Below, piece after piece: positions 1 to 8,030 of a stretch of DNA of 24,474 nucleotides. The DNA is taken from contig JBHIAV010000043.1 of assembly GCA_046758745.1 (NCBI GenBank), positions 1-24,474 of the forward strand, read 5' to 3'. The position numbers and the translations under genes are program-made. The notes beneath the pieces are model-generated. The model made no database searches. It saw nothing but the letters and a program-made list of their open reading frames with translations, and was not told the DNA's origin. Each line of letters starts with the position of its first letter. The stretch's first letter is position 1. Source of the stretch: Gemmatimonadota bacterium (GTDB lineage: Bacteria; Gemmatimonadota; Gemmatimonadetes; Palauibacterales; Palauibacteraceae).

Positions 1-1671
1 CCGCTGATGCTCGCCGTGAAACGTGTCGGCGTATCCCTCGCACAGAGGAACCGTGAGTTCGTACGACTGTCCCACGTACCGCACGTCGAGCTCGCGGTAC
101 ACCGCGATCTCCTCGGCGGGAACTCCCTCCCGGGCGATCTCCCGCGCGCCCAGCTCGGCCAGGGGCGCGACCAGATCCACCAACCGGCCGTGCGGCGTCT
201 CCCCCGGAAGCATGACCGTCTGCACGTAGTCCCTGACGACGTGGGCGACCAGCATCCCGAAGGCCGAAAGCGTCGACGCCCCGCGCGGAACCATGACGGT
301 GGCGGCTCCGAGCGCGCGCGCGAGCTCGCATGCGTGCAGCCCTCCGGCTCCTCCGAACGAGACGAGAACGAAGTCGGCCGGGTCGTGTCCTCGCTCCACG
401 CTGACCCTGCGGAGCGCCCGTTCCATCCCGGCGTTGGCCACGCGGATCACCCCGAGCGCCGCGACCCGGGCGAGGTCCAGGCCGTCCCTCGCGGCCACAC
501 CGGCTTCGCGGCCCAGCTTCTCCAGAGCCGCCCGCGCCGCTTCGGCGTCGAGACGAAACTCTCCCCCAAGGAAGCGATCCGCGGCCAGCCGTCCGAGAAC
601 GAGGTTTGCGTCCGTGATGGTGGGAAGCGTGCCGCCCCGCCCGTAGCAGATCGGCCCGGGCTCGGCTCCCGCGCTGCGCGGGCCGACTCGCAGCGCACCG
701 GCGGCGTCGACCCGGGCGATCGAGCCGCCGCCGGCGCCCACCGTGTGGATGTCGATGATCGGCACCCGGATCGGGATCCCGTCGATCTCCCCCTCGCTCG
801 TCAGCCGGACCCCGCCGTCGGCCAGCGAGACATCGGTAGAGGTCCCCCCCATGTCAAAGCTGATCACGCGCTCGTGTCCGCCCAGACGCGCGACGTGCAG
901 CGCGCCCACCACGCCGCCCGCCGGCCCGGAGAGGAGGGAGCGCACCGCCTGGCTGCGCGCCGTGACCGCCCGTGTGCTTCCGCCGTTCGACTGCATGATG
1001 CGAAGGTCCCGGGCGCGAAGACTCGACTCGAGACGCCCCACATACCGATCCACCACGGGCGACAGGTACGCGTTCACGGCGGTCGTGCTCGTCCGTTCGT
1101 ATTCGCGGAACTCGGGGAGGATCTCGCTCGATGCGGAGACGGCGAAGCCGCCGGCTCGGAGCGTTTCCGCCACGGCCCGCTCGTGGTCCGGAAGGAGAAA
1201 GGAGAAGAGCAGGCTCACCGCGACGGACTCGGCTCCGCACGCCCGGAGCTTCTCGACCAGGCGCGGGAGCTCGCCCGCCTCGAGAGGGATGAGGGCGCGG
1301 CCCTCGTGGGTCACCCGCTCGGTGACCTCGAAGCAGAGGTCGGCCTGGATGAGCGGCCTCGGTCGTCGCGCGGCGAGATCGTAGATGCTCGCCCGGTTCT
1401 GCCGCCCGATGGTGAGGAGGTCGCGAAAGCCCTCCGTCACCACGAGGGCCGTGCGGGCCCCTCTTCGTTCCAGCAGGGCGTTGGTCGCCACCGTGGAGCC
1501 GTGGACCACCGAGGGCGGCTCTCCGCCCGAAAGCTCGGACAGCCCGTGGAGGACGGCCTCCGCCGGGTCGCCGGGCGTGGAGAAGCGCTTGAAGGTCCGG
1601 AGCTCGCCCGTCCTCTCGTCGAAGAGGACGAAGTCGGTGAAGGTGCCCCCGATGTCGACCGCGACGCGCAT
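1..1671 (-). CDS. Hydantoinase A / 5-oxoprolinase family protein (3' end runs off the window)
   Basis: Manual minus-strand translation from ATG at 1671: MRVAVDIGGTFTDFVLFD...; internal FDMGGTSTDV, IIDIHTVGAGGGSIA, GPRSAGAEPGPICYG and DVRYVGQSYEL motifs. Absent from the ORF track because its stop lies outside the window. Confidence 0.93.
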   Translation of the reverse strand, partial: MRVAVDIGGTFTDFVLFDERTGELRTFKRFSTPGDPAEAVLHGLSELSGGEPPSVVHGSTVATNALLERRGARTALVVTEGFRDLLTIGRQNRASIYDLAARRPRPLIQADLCFEVTERVTHEGRALIPLEAGELPRLVEKLRACGAESVAVSLLFSFLLPDHERAVAETLRAGGFAVSASSEILPEFREYERTSTTAVNAYLSPVVDRYVGRLESSLRARDLRIMQSNGGSTRAVTARSQAVRSLLSGPAGGVVGALHVARLGGHERVISFDMGGTSTDVSLADGGVRLTSEGEIDGIPIRVPIIDIHTVGAGGGSIARVDAAGALRVGPRSAGAEPGPICYGRGGTLPTITDANLVLGRLAADRFLGGEFRLDAEAARAALEKLGREAGVAARDGLDLARVAALGVIRVANAGMERALRRVSVERGHDPADFVLVSFGGAGGLHACELARALGAATVMVPRGASTLSAFGMLVAHVVRDYVQTVMLPGETPHGRLVDLVAPLAELGAREIAREGVPAEEIAVYRELDVRYVGQSYELTVPLCEGYADTFHGEHQR

Positions 1672-1791
1672 GGGACGAGGATATCCGGGGCGATCCAGCT
1701 TCGCGAGCGGAGGCTCCGGCTTGGCCAGCGGGCAGTACGGGTCCGAGAGTGGGACGGTTCGGGTCGGTATGCCCGCGCGCCCGACGTCGTC

Positions 1792-3129
1792 CTATCGGAG
1801 CGAGCTCACGATCATCGAGTAGAAGACGAACCCCGTGATCACCGGCATCACGAAGCGGATGAGGAAATACCACCCCGGAAGCAGCTTGCGGGTCAACGGC
1901 CCGGCGCCGTCGGCCAGCTCCGCGACCGGGTCGTGCATGAACCACCCGACGGCGATGGTGATCAGAAAGGCCCCGAGGCCGAGGAGCAGTCCGCCGGCGA
2001 TCTCGTTCATCGAGGCGAGGACGCGGAGCGAGTACGCGGGGGCGATGCCGAGCAGCGCCACCCCGAGCCCCACGGCCATCGTCGCCTTCTTTCGCTCGAC
2101 GTGCATCTCATCGATGACCGAAGAGACCAAGACCTCGAGGAGGGAGATGGTGGAGGTGAGAGCCGCCACCGAGAGGGCGGCGAAGAAGAGCACGCCGATG
2201 CCGCGCCCGAGATCGCCCATGAGCGCGAAGGCGCCGGGGAGGGCGATGAACAGCACTCCCTCCGCCTCGTCCGCCGTGAGGCCGATCACCTGATCGCTGA
2301 ACCCGAGCGCGAACACGATCGGGAAGGTCACCAGGCCGGCGGCGAACGCCACGCTGAAGTCGGCCACCGCGATGATCCCGCTCTCCCGACCGAGGTCGTG
2401 GTTCTTCCCCAGGTAGGACGCGAAGGTGAGCATCGCTCCCATGCCGAGGCTGAGCGAGAAGTAGGTCTGGGCGGCCGCATCCCCGAGGATCTTCAGGTTC
2501 AGGAGCTCGTCGAACCGGGGCGCCAGGTAGAAGGAGTAGCCCTCGGCGGCGCCCGCCAGGGTAGCGGCCCACACGGCCAGCCCCACGAGCATGAGGAAGA
2601 GCGTCGGCATGAGGATGAGCGCCGCCCTCTCGATGCCTGCCCGCACGCCGCCCATCACGACGAGGGCGGTGAGCGCGACGAAGCCTACATGGTAGAGGGC
2701 GGCCGCGGGGCCGGTTGCAATGTTGCCGAAGTGCTGGCCGGGCTCTACGGGGAGGCCGGAGAGGAGCGCCTCCACTCCGTAGCGCACGGCCCAACCGGCT
2801 ATGACCGAGTAGAAGGAGAAGATCACGAAGCCGCCGGCGACGAACATGTAGCCGGCGGGCACCCAACTGCGGCCCGCCACCCGCCGCAGGGCCCCGATCG
2901 GGCTCATGGCGGCCCGTCGGCCGATGGCGAGCTCCGCCAGGAGCAGCGGGACGCCGACCAGGAAGGTGAGGGCGATGTACACCACCACGAACGCCGCCCC
3001 GCCGCTCGAGGACGCCGTGGCGGAGAAGCGCCACATGTTGCCGAGGCCGACGGCGCCCCCGATGGCGGCCAGAAGGAAGCCGAGCTGCGATCCCCACGCG
3101 CCCCGCGACGACCCCCCGTCTCCTTCCAT
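1792..3129 (-). CDS. Sodium-dependent transporter, NSS/SNF (LeuT-like) family
   Basis: GFLLAAIGGAVGLGNMWRF TM1 motif, GGAAF, QTYFSLSLGMGAMLTFASY, many hydrophobic helices; 445 aa. Confidence 0.95.
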   Translation of the reverse strand: MEGDGGSSRGAWGSQLGFLLAAIGGAVGLGNMWRFSATASSSGGAAFVVVYIALTFLVGVPLLLAELAIGRRAAMSPIGALRRVAGRSWVPAGYMFVAGGFVIFSFYSVIAGWAVRYGVEALLSGLPVEPGQHFGNIATGPAAALYHVGFVALTALVVMGGVRAGIERAALILMPTLFLMLVGLAVWAATLAGAAEGYSFYLAPRFDELLNLKILGDAAAQTYFSLSLGMGAMLTFASYLGKNHDLGRESGIIAVADFSVAFAAGLVTFPIVFALGFSDQVIGLTADEAEGVLFIALPGAFALMGDLGRGIGVLFFAALSVAALTSTISLLEVLVSSVIDEMHVERKKATMAVGLGVALLGIAPAYSLRVLASMNEIAGGLLLGLGAFLITIAVGWFMHDPVAELADGAGPLTRKLLPGWYFLIRFVMPVITGFVFYSMIVSSLR

Positions 3130-3210
3130 CTCCCCACCTCGCGGCTGGAGGGTTGGCCCGGTGGCCCCGGCCCGCGTCCGTTCGACGCGTTCGCGGCGGA
3201 GCTGGTCGCC

Positions 3211-3651
3211 TCAGCGGCCCGAGTTCGGTCCCTCTTCTTCCTCGAGTCCCCAAACGGCGGGAGTGGCGAGCTCGATACAGTTCCCGGCCGGGTCCCGCAG
3301 ATAGAGCGAGCGGCCGCCCCCCGGCCACTCCATGTCGGACTCCACGTCCACGCCGTGGTGCCCGAGCCGCTCCCGCCACAGGGTGATCTCACGCTCGGAG
3401 ATGGCGAAGGCCGCGTGGCCTGCCCCCCGCGCCCCATGCAGAGGGACGATGCTCCCGCCGACCGCCGGTGACGGCGCGCTCGTCCTTTCGGGGTTGAAGA
3501 CGAGGAACACCCCCCGGCCGCAGCGGAAGAAGACGTGCCGTCCCGGCTCGCGTGCGATCACCTCCATCCCGAGCACCGTCGAGTAGAAACGCTCGGCCGC
3601 CTCCAGGTCGTCGGCGTACACACACGTCTCCAGAACACGGGAAACCCGCAT
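3211..3651 (-). CDS. VOC family (glyoxalase/bleomycin resistance) protein
   Basis: Likely start MRVSRVLETCVYADDLEAAERFY; GHAAF and GGRSLYLRDPAGNCIELA motifs. Start reassigned from 3789 to 3651. Confidence 0.9.
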   Translation of the reverse strand: MRVSRVLETCVYADDLEAAERFYSTVLGMEVIAREPGRHVFFRCGRGVFLVFNPERTSAPSPAVGGSIVPLHGARGAGHAAFAISEREITLWRERLGHHGVDVESDMEWPGGGRSLYLRDPAGNCIELATPAVWGLEEEEGPNSGR

Positions 3652-3874
3652 CGCGCCGGCCCTTGTCAGACCCCGTGCCTCGCCGACCGCCGCGTGCCTG
3701 CGGCGGCCGGAACCGAGGGGAACATGATCGACGGCTCGGTCATGGATTCCGGCACCCGCGACCTCGGCTCTCTTCCGCCCAATGGCCATGTCGTCCCGAA
3801 CGCAATATAACGTGGACGCGTTGCCGGATGATCACGTGCCCGAAGATCGCCAAGCGTAGGAAGGAGGTTCCGGT

Positions 3875-4522
3875 ATGGTACCCCGCGGAATGATCTCGGC
3901 CGCGGCAGTCGGGGCGATCGCCCTGGCCGGTCCGGCCGGATGCGCGCCGGCCGAAGAGGCAGCTCCGCCGGTCGAAGAACCGGTGCACGGGGCGCTGATC
4001 GAGGCGGATCGTCGATTCGCCGCCGCCACAGCCGAGCGGGGCGCGGAGGGGTGGGCTTCCTCCTTCGCCGAGGACGGTGTCATGCTGCTCCCGGGGGGCG
4101 AGGTCAGGGGTCGGGAGGAGATCCTCGAGCTCATGACCGACTTCTTGGCCGACACCGGCTACTCGCTCACCTGGGAGCCTCAGCGGGAAGAGGTCTCGCG
4201 GGCGCGAGATATCGGCTACACGGTGGGGCGATACGCCACCTCGACGGTGAACGCCGGCGGCGAGCGCGTCGAGGCTGCCGGCGCGTACGTCACCATTTGG
4301 CGGCGGTCGGACATGGGCGAGTGGCAGGTCATCCTCGACGCGGGCGTTCCAGACCCGGGTCCCGCGGACGTTCCGGCCCGGACCTCCGGCGGGGGCGTGG
4401 AGCCGGGGCCGGGCGGAGGTCAAGGGCAAACTCCCGGCGGAGGTCAAGGGCAAGCTCCCGAGGGAGGTCAAGGGCAAGCTCCCGAGGGAGGAAAAGAGCC
4501 GACTCCCGGTGGGATGGAGTAA
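3875..4522 (+). CDS. Lipoprotein with NTF2-like/DUF4440 (YybH-like) domain and Gly/Gln/Pro-rich tail
   Basis: AGGAGG SD at 3862-3867; signal peptide ending in AGC; FAEDGVML, DIGYTVGRY and GAYVTIWRR..GEWQVILD motifs. Confidence 0.85.
   Translation: MVPRGMISAAAVGAIALAGPAGCAPAEEAAPPVEEPVHGALIEADRRFAAATAERGAEGWASSFAEDGVMLLPGGEVRGREEILELMTDFLADTGYSLTWEPQREEVSRARDIGYTVGRYATSTVNAGGERVEAAGAYVTIWRRSDMGEWQVILDAGVPDPGPADVPARTSGGGVEPGPGGGQGQTPGGGQGQAPEGGQGQAPEGGKEPTPGGME
4415..4510 (+). repeat. In-frame 24-bp tandem repeat, 4 copies (GGQGQ[T/A]P[G/E])
   Basis: Units GGAGGTCAAGGGCAAACTCCCGGC, GGAGGTCAAGGGCAAGCTCCCGAG (twice) and a degenerate GGAGGAAAAGAGCCGACTCCCGGT. Confidence 0.9.
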
Positions 4523-4554
4523 CGCGGCGAGTGTTGGGTCAGGAAGGGGGTTCG

Positions 4555-6105
4555 ATGAGGCGAGCGGCTCCGACATTGGCGCTGGCCCTCGCAGCGACCG
4601 TTCTTCCGGGCCGGGCGACGGGACAGACCTTCTACTCCGACGACCCGGTGCTGCGAGCGATCTGGACGGAGGGGATGGAGAAGTCGCAGCTCTACCCGTT
4701 GGCCCAGGTGCTCCTCGACTCGATCGGCCCGCGCCTCACCGGCTCCCCGGGTTTCCTGGCCGGCGGCGACTGGTTGCTCCGCACGTACCAGAGGTGGGGA
4801 ATCGCCGCGCGAAAGGAGGAATACGGAACGTGGGGGAGTTGGCGCAGGGGGGTCACGCACATCGACCTCCTCGCCCCTAGAGTCCGCACCCTCGAGGGAA
4901 CGCTGCTCGCCTGGAGTCCCGGGACGGAGGGCCCGATGGAGGGTGACGCCATCATGCTCCCCGATCTCGCCGACAGTGCCGCTCTGGACGACTGGCTCCC
5001 CATGGCGAAGGGGATGTTCGTGCTGGTCTCGCTCCCCGAGTCCACGTGCCGCGCCGACCAGGAGTGGGAGGAGTACGCCACGCCGGAGTCCTTCGAGCGG
5101 ATGAAGGCCGCGCGCGACTCGGCGCGCCGGGACTACTTGGCCCGCTTGCGCAGCATCGGCTTCCGGGGGCTGCACGACAGGATCGCGCGGGCGGGGGCGG
5201 CGGCGATCGTGACGGCGCGCTGGTCCGGTGGGTGGGGGGTGAACAAGGTCCAGGCCGCCGAGACCCGGGAGGCCCCGACGATCGACCTGAGCTGCGAGGA
5301 CTATGGGCTGGTGTACCGCCTGGCCGAGAGGGGCCAGGGGCCGCGCATCCGGCTGAACGCCGATGCGGAGTTCCTCGGCGTGGTACCCGCCTTCAACGTC
5401 ATCGCAGAGCTCCCCGGAACGGAGAAGCCCGAGGAGTATGTGGTGCTTTCGGCCCACTTCGACTCCTGGGACTCCGCGTCCGGCGCGACCGACAACGGGA
5501 CGGGGACGCTCACCATGCTCGAGGCGATGCGGATCCTGGCGAGGACATATCCCCGGCCGAAGCGGACCGTCCTGGTGGGTCACTGGGGTGGGGAGGAGCA
5601 GGGGCTCATCGGTTCGACCGCGTTCGCGGAGGACCATCCCGAGGTGGTGGAGGGCCTCCAGGTCGCGTTCAACCAGGACAACGGCACGTGGCGGATCGAG
5701 TACATCAAGATGCAGGGGTTCAGCAAGGCGGGGGCGAACCTCGCGCGGTGGATCACCCAGGTGCCGGATGAGATCAAGCGGCACATCGAGCTGGACCTGC
5801 CCGGCCTTCCCGACCATGGCGGGAGCGACCACAAGTCCTTCGTGTGCCACGGCGCACCGGGCTTTCGGCTCCAGTCCAGCTATCCCGAGTACCGGCAGTA
5901 CACCTGGCACACGAATCGGGACACCTTCGACAAGATCGTGTTCGATGACCTGAGGAACAACGCGACGCTCGCGGCGATGCTGGCCTATCTCGCCTCCGAG
6001 GATTCCGAGCGCGTGCCGCGCGACCGCATAGTGCTCCCGGCCGACGAGCAGGGGCGGCCGATGAGCTGGCCGCGCTGCTCGGCTCCGCGCAGGATTCCCG
6101 GGTAG
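4555..6105 (+). CDS. Secreted M28 family metallopeptidase (carboxypeptidase Q-like)
   Basis: Signal peptide MRRAAPTLALALAATVLPG; IGPRLTGS, SAHFDSWD, GATDNGTG, GEEQGLIGS, SDH and WHTNRDT motifs. Start reassigned from 3940 to 4555. Confidence 0.93.
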   Translation: MRRAAPTLALALAATVLPGRATGQTFYSDDPVLRAIWTEGMEKSQLYPLAQVLLDSIGPRLTGSPGFLAGGDWLLRTYQRWGIAARKEEYGTWGSWRRGVTHIDLLAPRVRTLEGTLLAWSPGTEGPMEGDAIMLPDLADSAALDDWLPMAKGMFVLVSLPESTCRADQEWEEYATPESFERMKAARDSARRDYLARLRSIGFRGLHDRIARAGAAAIVTARWSGGWGVNKVQAAETREAPTIDLSCEDYGLVYRLAERGQGPRIRLNADAEFLGVVPAFNVIAELPGTEKPEEYVVLSAHFDSWDSASGATDNGTGTLTMLEAMRILARTYPRPKRTVLVGHWGGEEQGLIGSTAFAEDHPEVVEGLQVAFNQDNGTWRIEYIKMQGFSKAGANLARWITQVPDEIKRHIELDLPGLPDHGGSDHKSFVCHGAPGFRLQSSYPEYRQYTWHTNRDTFDKIVFDDLRNNATLAAMLAYLASEDSERVPRDRIVLPADEQGRPMSWPRCSAPRRIPG

Positions 6106-6130
6106 CGACCATGTTCGATCGCGATCGCTC

Positions 6131-6205
6131 CATCAGGTTGGGCACGAAGCCGTAGGCGTTCTTCGCCGCCTGCAGGGTCTCCCGTGACCCCTCGGGCGCC
6201 GATTG
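6131..6205 (-). pseudogene. Short relic of a carboxymuconolactone decarboxylase/AhpD-like (peroxidase-related) gene
   Basis: Minus-strand QSAPEGSRETLQAAKNAYGFVPNLM resembles the N-terminal APE...GFVPNL segment of CMD/AhpD-like proteins; no start codon or CxxC core follows. Confidence 0.6.
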
Positions 6206-6269
6206 CGCGGCTGGACCTTCGACGTGGCGGCAGCGGCCGTGCCCTGTGGAGGACGGCGGTCGGGAACCT

Positions 6270-6298
6270 TTGACACTCCGGTGACGGTAGACTAGCAT
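6270..6298 (+). promoter_or_regulatory. Sigma70-type promoter of the cysteine operon leader
   Basis: TTGACA (6270-6275), 17-bp spacer, TAGCAT (6293-6298). Confidence 0.8.
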
Positions 6299-6307
6299 GA
6301 GCCGACC

Positions 6308-6406
6308 ATGAGCATGCACGTGACGCGATTCTGGACCGCCGCTTGTATCTGTCCGGGGCCCACCAGAGGGTGGCCGCGGTCGCGCGCGGGTGTGCACGTG
6401 AGGTAG
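6308..6406 (+). CDS. Putative Cys-containing leader peptide (32 aa, MSMHVTRFWTAACICPGPTRGWPRSRAGVHVR)
   Basis: ATG 9 nt after the -10 box (near-leaderless, no SD); TGT-ATC-TGT at 6344-6352; TAG at 6404-6406; lies between the promoter and a terminator. Confidence 0.65.
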   Translation: MSMHVTRFWTAACICPGPTRGWPRSRAGVHVR

Positions 6407-6431
6407 CCGTACCTCGAGGGATCGGAAGCGC

Positions 6432-6468
6432 GACGCCGCGAGCCACCGCTTGCGGCGTCTTCGTTTCT
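6432..6468 (+). terminator. Intrinsic terminator (attenuator) upstream of cysteine synthase
   Basis: 12-bp stem GACGCCGCGAGC / GCTTGCGGCGTC (one G-U pair), loop CACC, followed by TTCGTTTCT. Confidence 0.8.
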
Positions 6469-6501
6469 CAGGCCCGGAGAGTGTTTCCAGGAGAGCCGAA
6501 G

Positions 6502-7515
6502 GTGAGCGATCACGGTGGAGGCACGCGATGGAGGTACCGGCCCCCGGCGGCCGGCCGGCCGGTCCAGCGTGCCGCGCCCCCTCCGCCCGCCCCGGGGGCG
6601 CTCTACGAGACCGCCGACCTGCCCGCGGGCGCCCGGGCCCTGGTGAAGCGGATCGGAGGCACTCCCCTGATCCCGCTTCCCTCGCCCCGTCCCTCGGTGC
6701 GGATCTACGGCAAGGCGGAGTGGTTCAATCCGGGCGGTTCGGTGAAGGATCGACCGGCGTGGGCGATCGTGTCGGAGGCGCTCGCCGCGGGGCGGATCGG
6801 GCGCCGCCGACTCCTCGACGCCAGCTCGGGAAACACGGCCATCGCGTACTCGATGCTCGGGGCCGCGATCGGCTTCGGAGTCACCATCTGCCTCCCGGCC
6901 AGCGCGAGCCGGGAGCGCCGGCGGACACTGGACGCGTACGGCGCGGAGCTGGTCATCACGGACGCGTTGGAAGGGAGCGACGGCGCGATCCGATGGGCAC
7001 GCGAGCTGGCCGGGGCGGAGCCCGACCACTACTGGTATGCCGACCAGTACGGCAACGCCGCGAACTGGCGCGCCCACTATCACTCGACCGCCGAGGAGGT
7101 GTGGCATCAGACGCGCGGTGGCGTCACGCACTTCGTGGCCGGGCTCGGCACGACCGGCACTCTGGTCGGGGCGGGACGAAGGCTGCGCGAGCTGAACCCC
7201 GGGATTCGCGTCATCGGGGTGCAGCCGGCAGAGCCGCTGCATGGGATCGAGGGGCTCAAGCACCTGGAGACGGCGATCCGGCCCTCCATCTACGATCCCG
7301 CCGTCCCGCACGCCCAGGTAGGCGTGGAGACGGAAGAGGCCCAGGCGCGGGCACGGAGACTGGCACGCGAGGCTGGGATTCTCGCCGGCGTCTCCTCCGG
7401 GGCGGCCTATGCGGCCTGCCTCCGAGTCGCGGCCGAGGTGGAGAGCGGGGTCATCGTGACCGTGCTGCCCGACGGAGGGAGTCGCTACCTGAGCGAGAGC
7501 TGGTGGCATGAATGA
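6502..7515 (+). CDS. cysM: PLP-dependent cysteine synthase family protein (CysM-like)
   Basis: KAEWFNPGGSVKDR (PLP lysine), ASSGNT, GLGTTGT, GVSSGAA and VTVLPDGGSRYLS motifs. GTG start at 6502 after AGGAG; exact start uncertain. Confidence 0.9.
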   Translation: MSDHGGGTRWRYRPPAAGRPVQRAAPPPPAPGALYETADLPAGARALVKRIGGTPLIPLPSPRPSVRIYGKAEWFNPGGSVKDRPAWAIVSEALAAGRIGRRRLLDASSGNTAIAYSMLGAAIGFGVTICLPASASRERRRTLDAYGAELVITDALEGSDGAIRWARELAGAEPDHYWYADQYGNAANWRAHYHSTAEEVWHQTRGGVTHFVAGLGTTGTLVGAGRRLRELNPGIRVIGVQPAEPLHGIEGLKHLETAIRPSIYDPAVPHAQVGVETEEAQARARRLAREAGILAGVSSGAAYAACLRVAAEVESGVIVTVLPDGGSRYLSESWWHE

Positions 7516-7969
7516 GCCGGGGCGGCCGGAGATCCTGGTCCTTCCGCAGCGGCTGGCCGAGCGGATCGCGGCCGAGATGGAGAAGGCATATCCCGCCGAG
7601 GGCTGCGGGGTGCTGCTCGGCCTCGTGCGGGACGGGCGGCGCGAGGTCGAACGAACCGTCCCCGTCCCCAACCGCTGGGACGGGCGGAGAGACAGGTACC
7701 GGATCGACCCGGCCAGGCTACGGCGGCTGTTGGAGGAGGAGGATGCCGGAGGGCCGACGGTGCTCGGTTTCTATCACTCTCATCCGGACTGCGAACCGGT
7801 CCCGTCGGAGACGGACCGGGCCAACGCCTGGCGGTGGTATCATTATCTGATCGTCCCCACGAGGGATGGCGTCGCCGGAGGTCCGCGGGTGTGGGAGCTG
7901 GACCCGGAGGAGCACAGATTCGTCGAGCGCGAGCTCCGGACGGCGGTCGGGAGGGAAACCCGCGACTGA
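7508..7969 (+). CDS. JAMM/MPN+ (M67) metallopeptidase, Mec-like
   Basis: YPAEGCGVLLG and FYHSHPDCEPVPSETD (E...HxH-x7-S-x2-D); overlaps the end of the synthase gene by 8 nt. Confidence 0.92.
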   Translation: MNEPGRPEILVLPQRLAERIAAEMEKAYPAEGCGVLLGLVRDGRREVERTVPVPNRWDGRRDRYRIDPARLRRLLEEEDAGGPTVLGFYHSHPDCEPVPSETDRANAWRWYHYLIVPTRDGVAGGPRVWELDPEEHRFVERELRTAVGRETRD

Positions 7970-8030
7970 CGGGTAGAATGCGGTGCGGGCGTGAGACCAC
8001 CGGGTCCGCCTGACAACCGAGGAGAATTCG

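Noticed and set aside
7-3471. 1154-aa plus-strand ORF
   Set aside because: It is the codon-aligned antisense of the hydantoinase and NSS transporter genes, which happen to share a frame. It is Arg/His/Gly-rich with no motifs, typical of high-GC shadow ORFs.
6464-6530. Glycine-riboswitch-like words (CTCAGG, GGAGAG, GCCGAAGG)
   Set aside because: They are in the wrong order (CTCAGG precedes the others), there is no supporting helix set, and they are explained by the terminator tail and the RBS.
6528-7511. Alternative ATG at 6528 with GGAGG, in a different frame from cysteine synthase
   Set aside because: Its product is low-complexity Arg/Gly sequence, and an in-frame GTG with SD exists at 6502, so no frameshift needs to be invoked.
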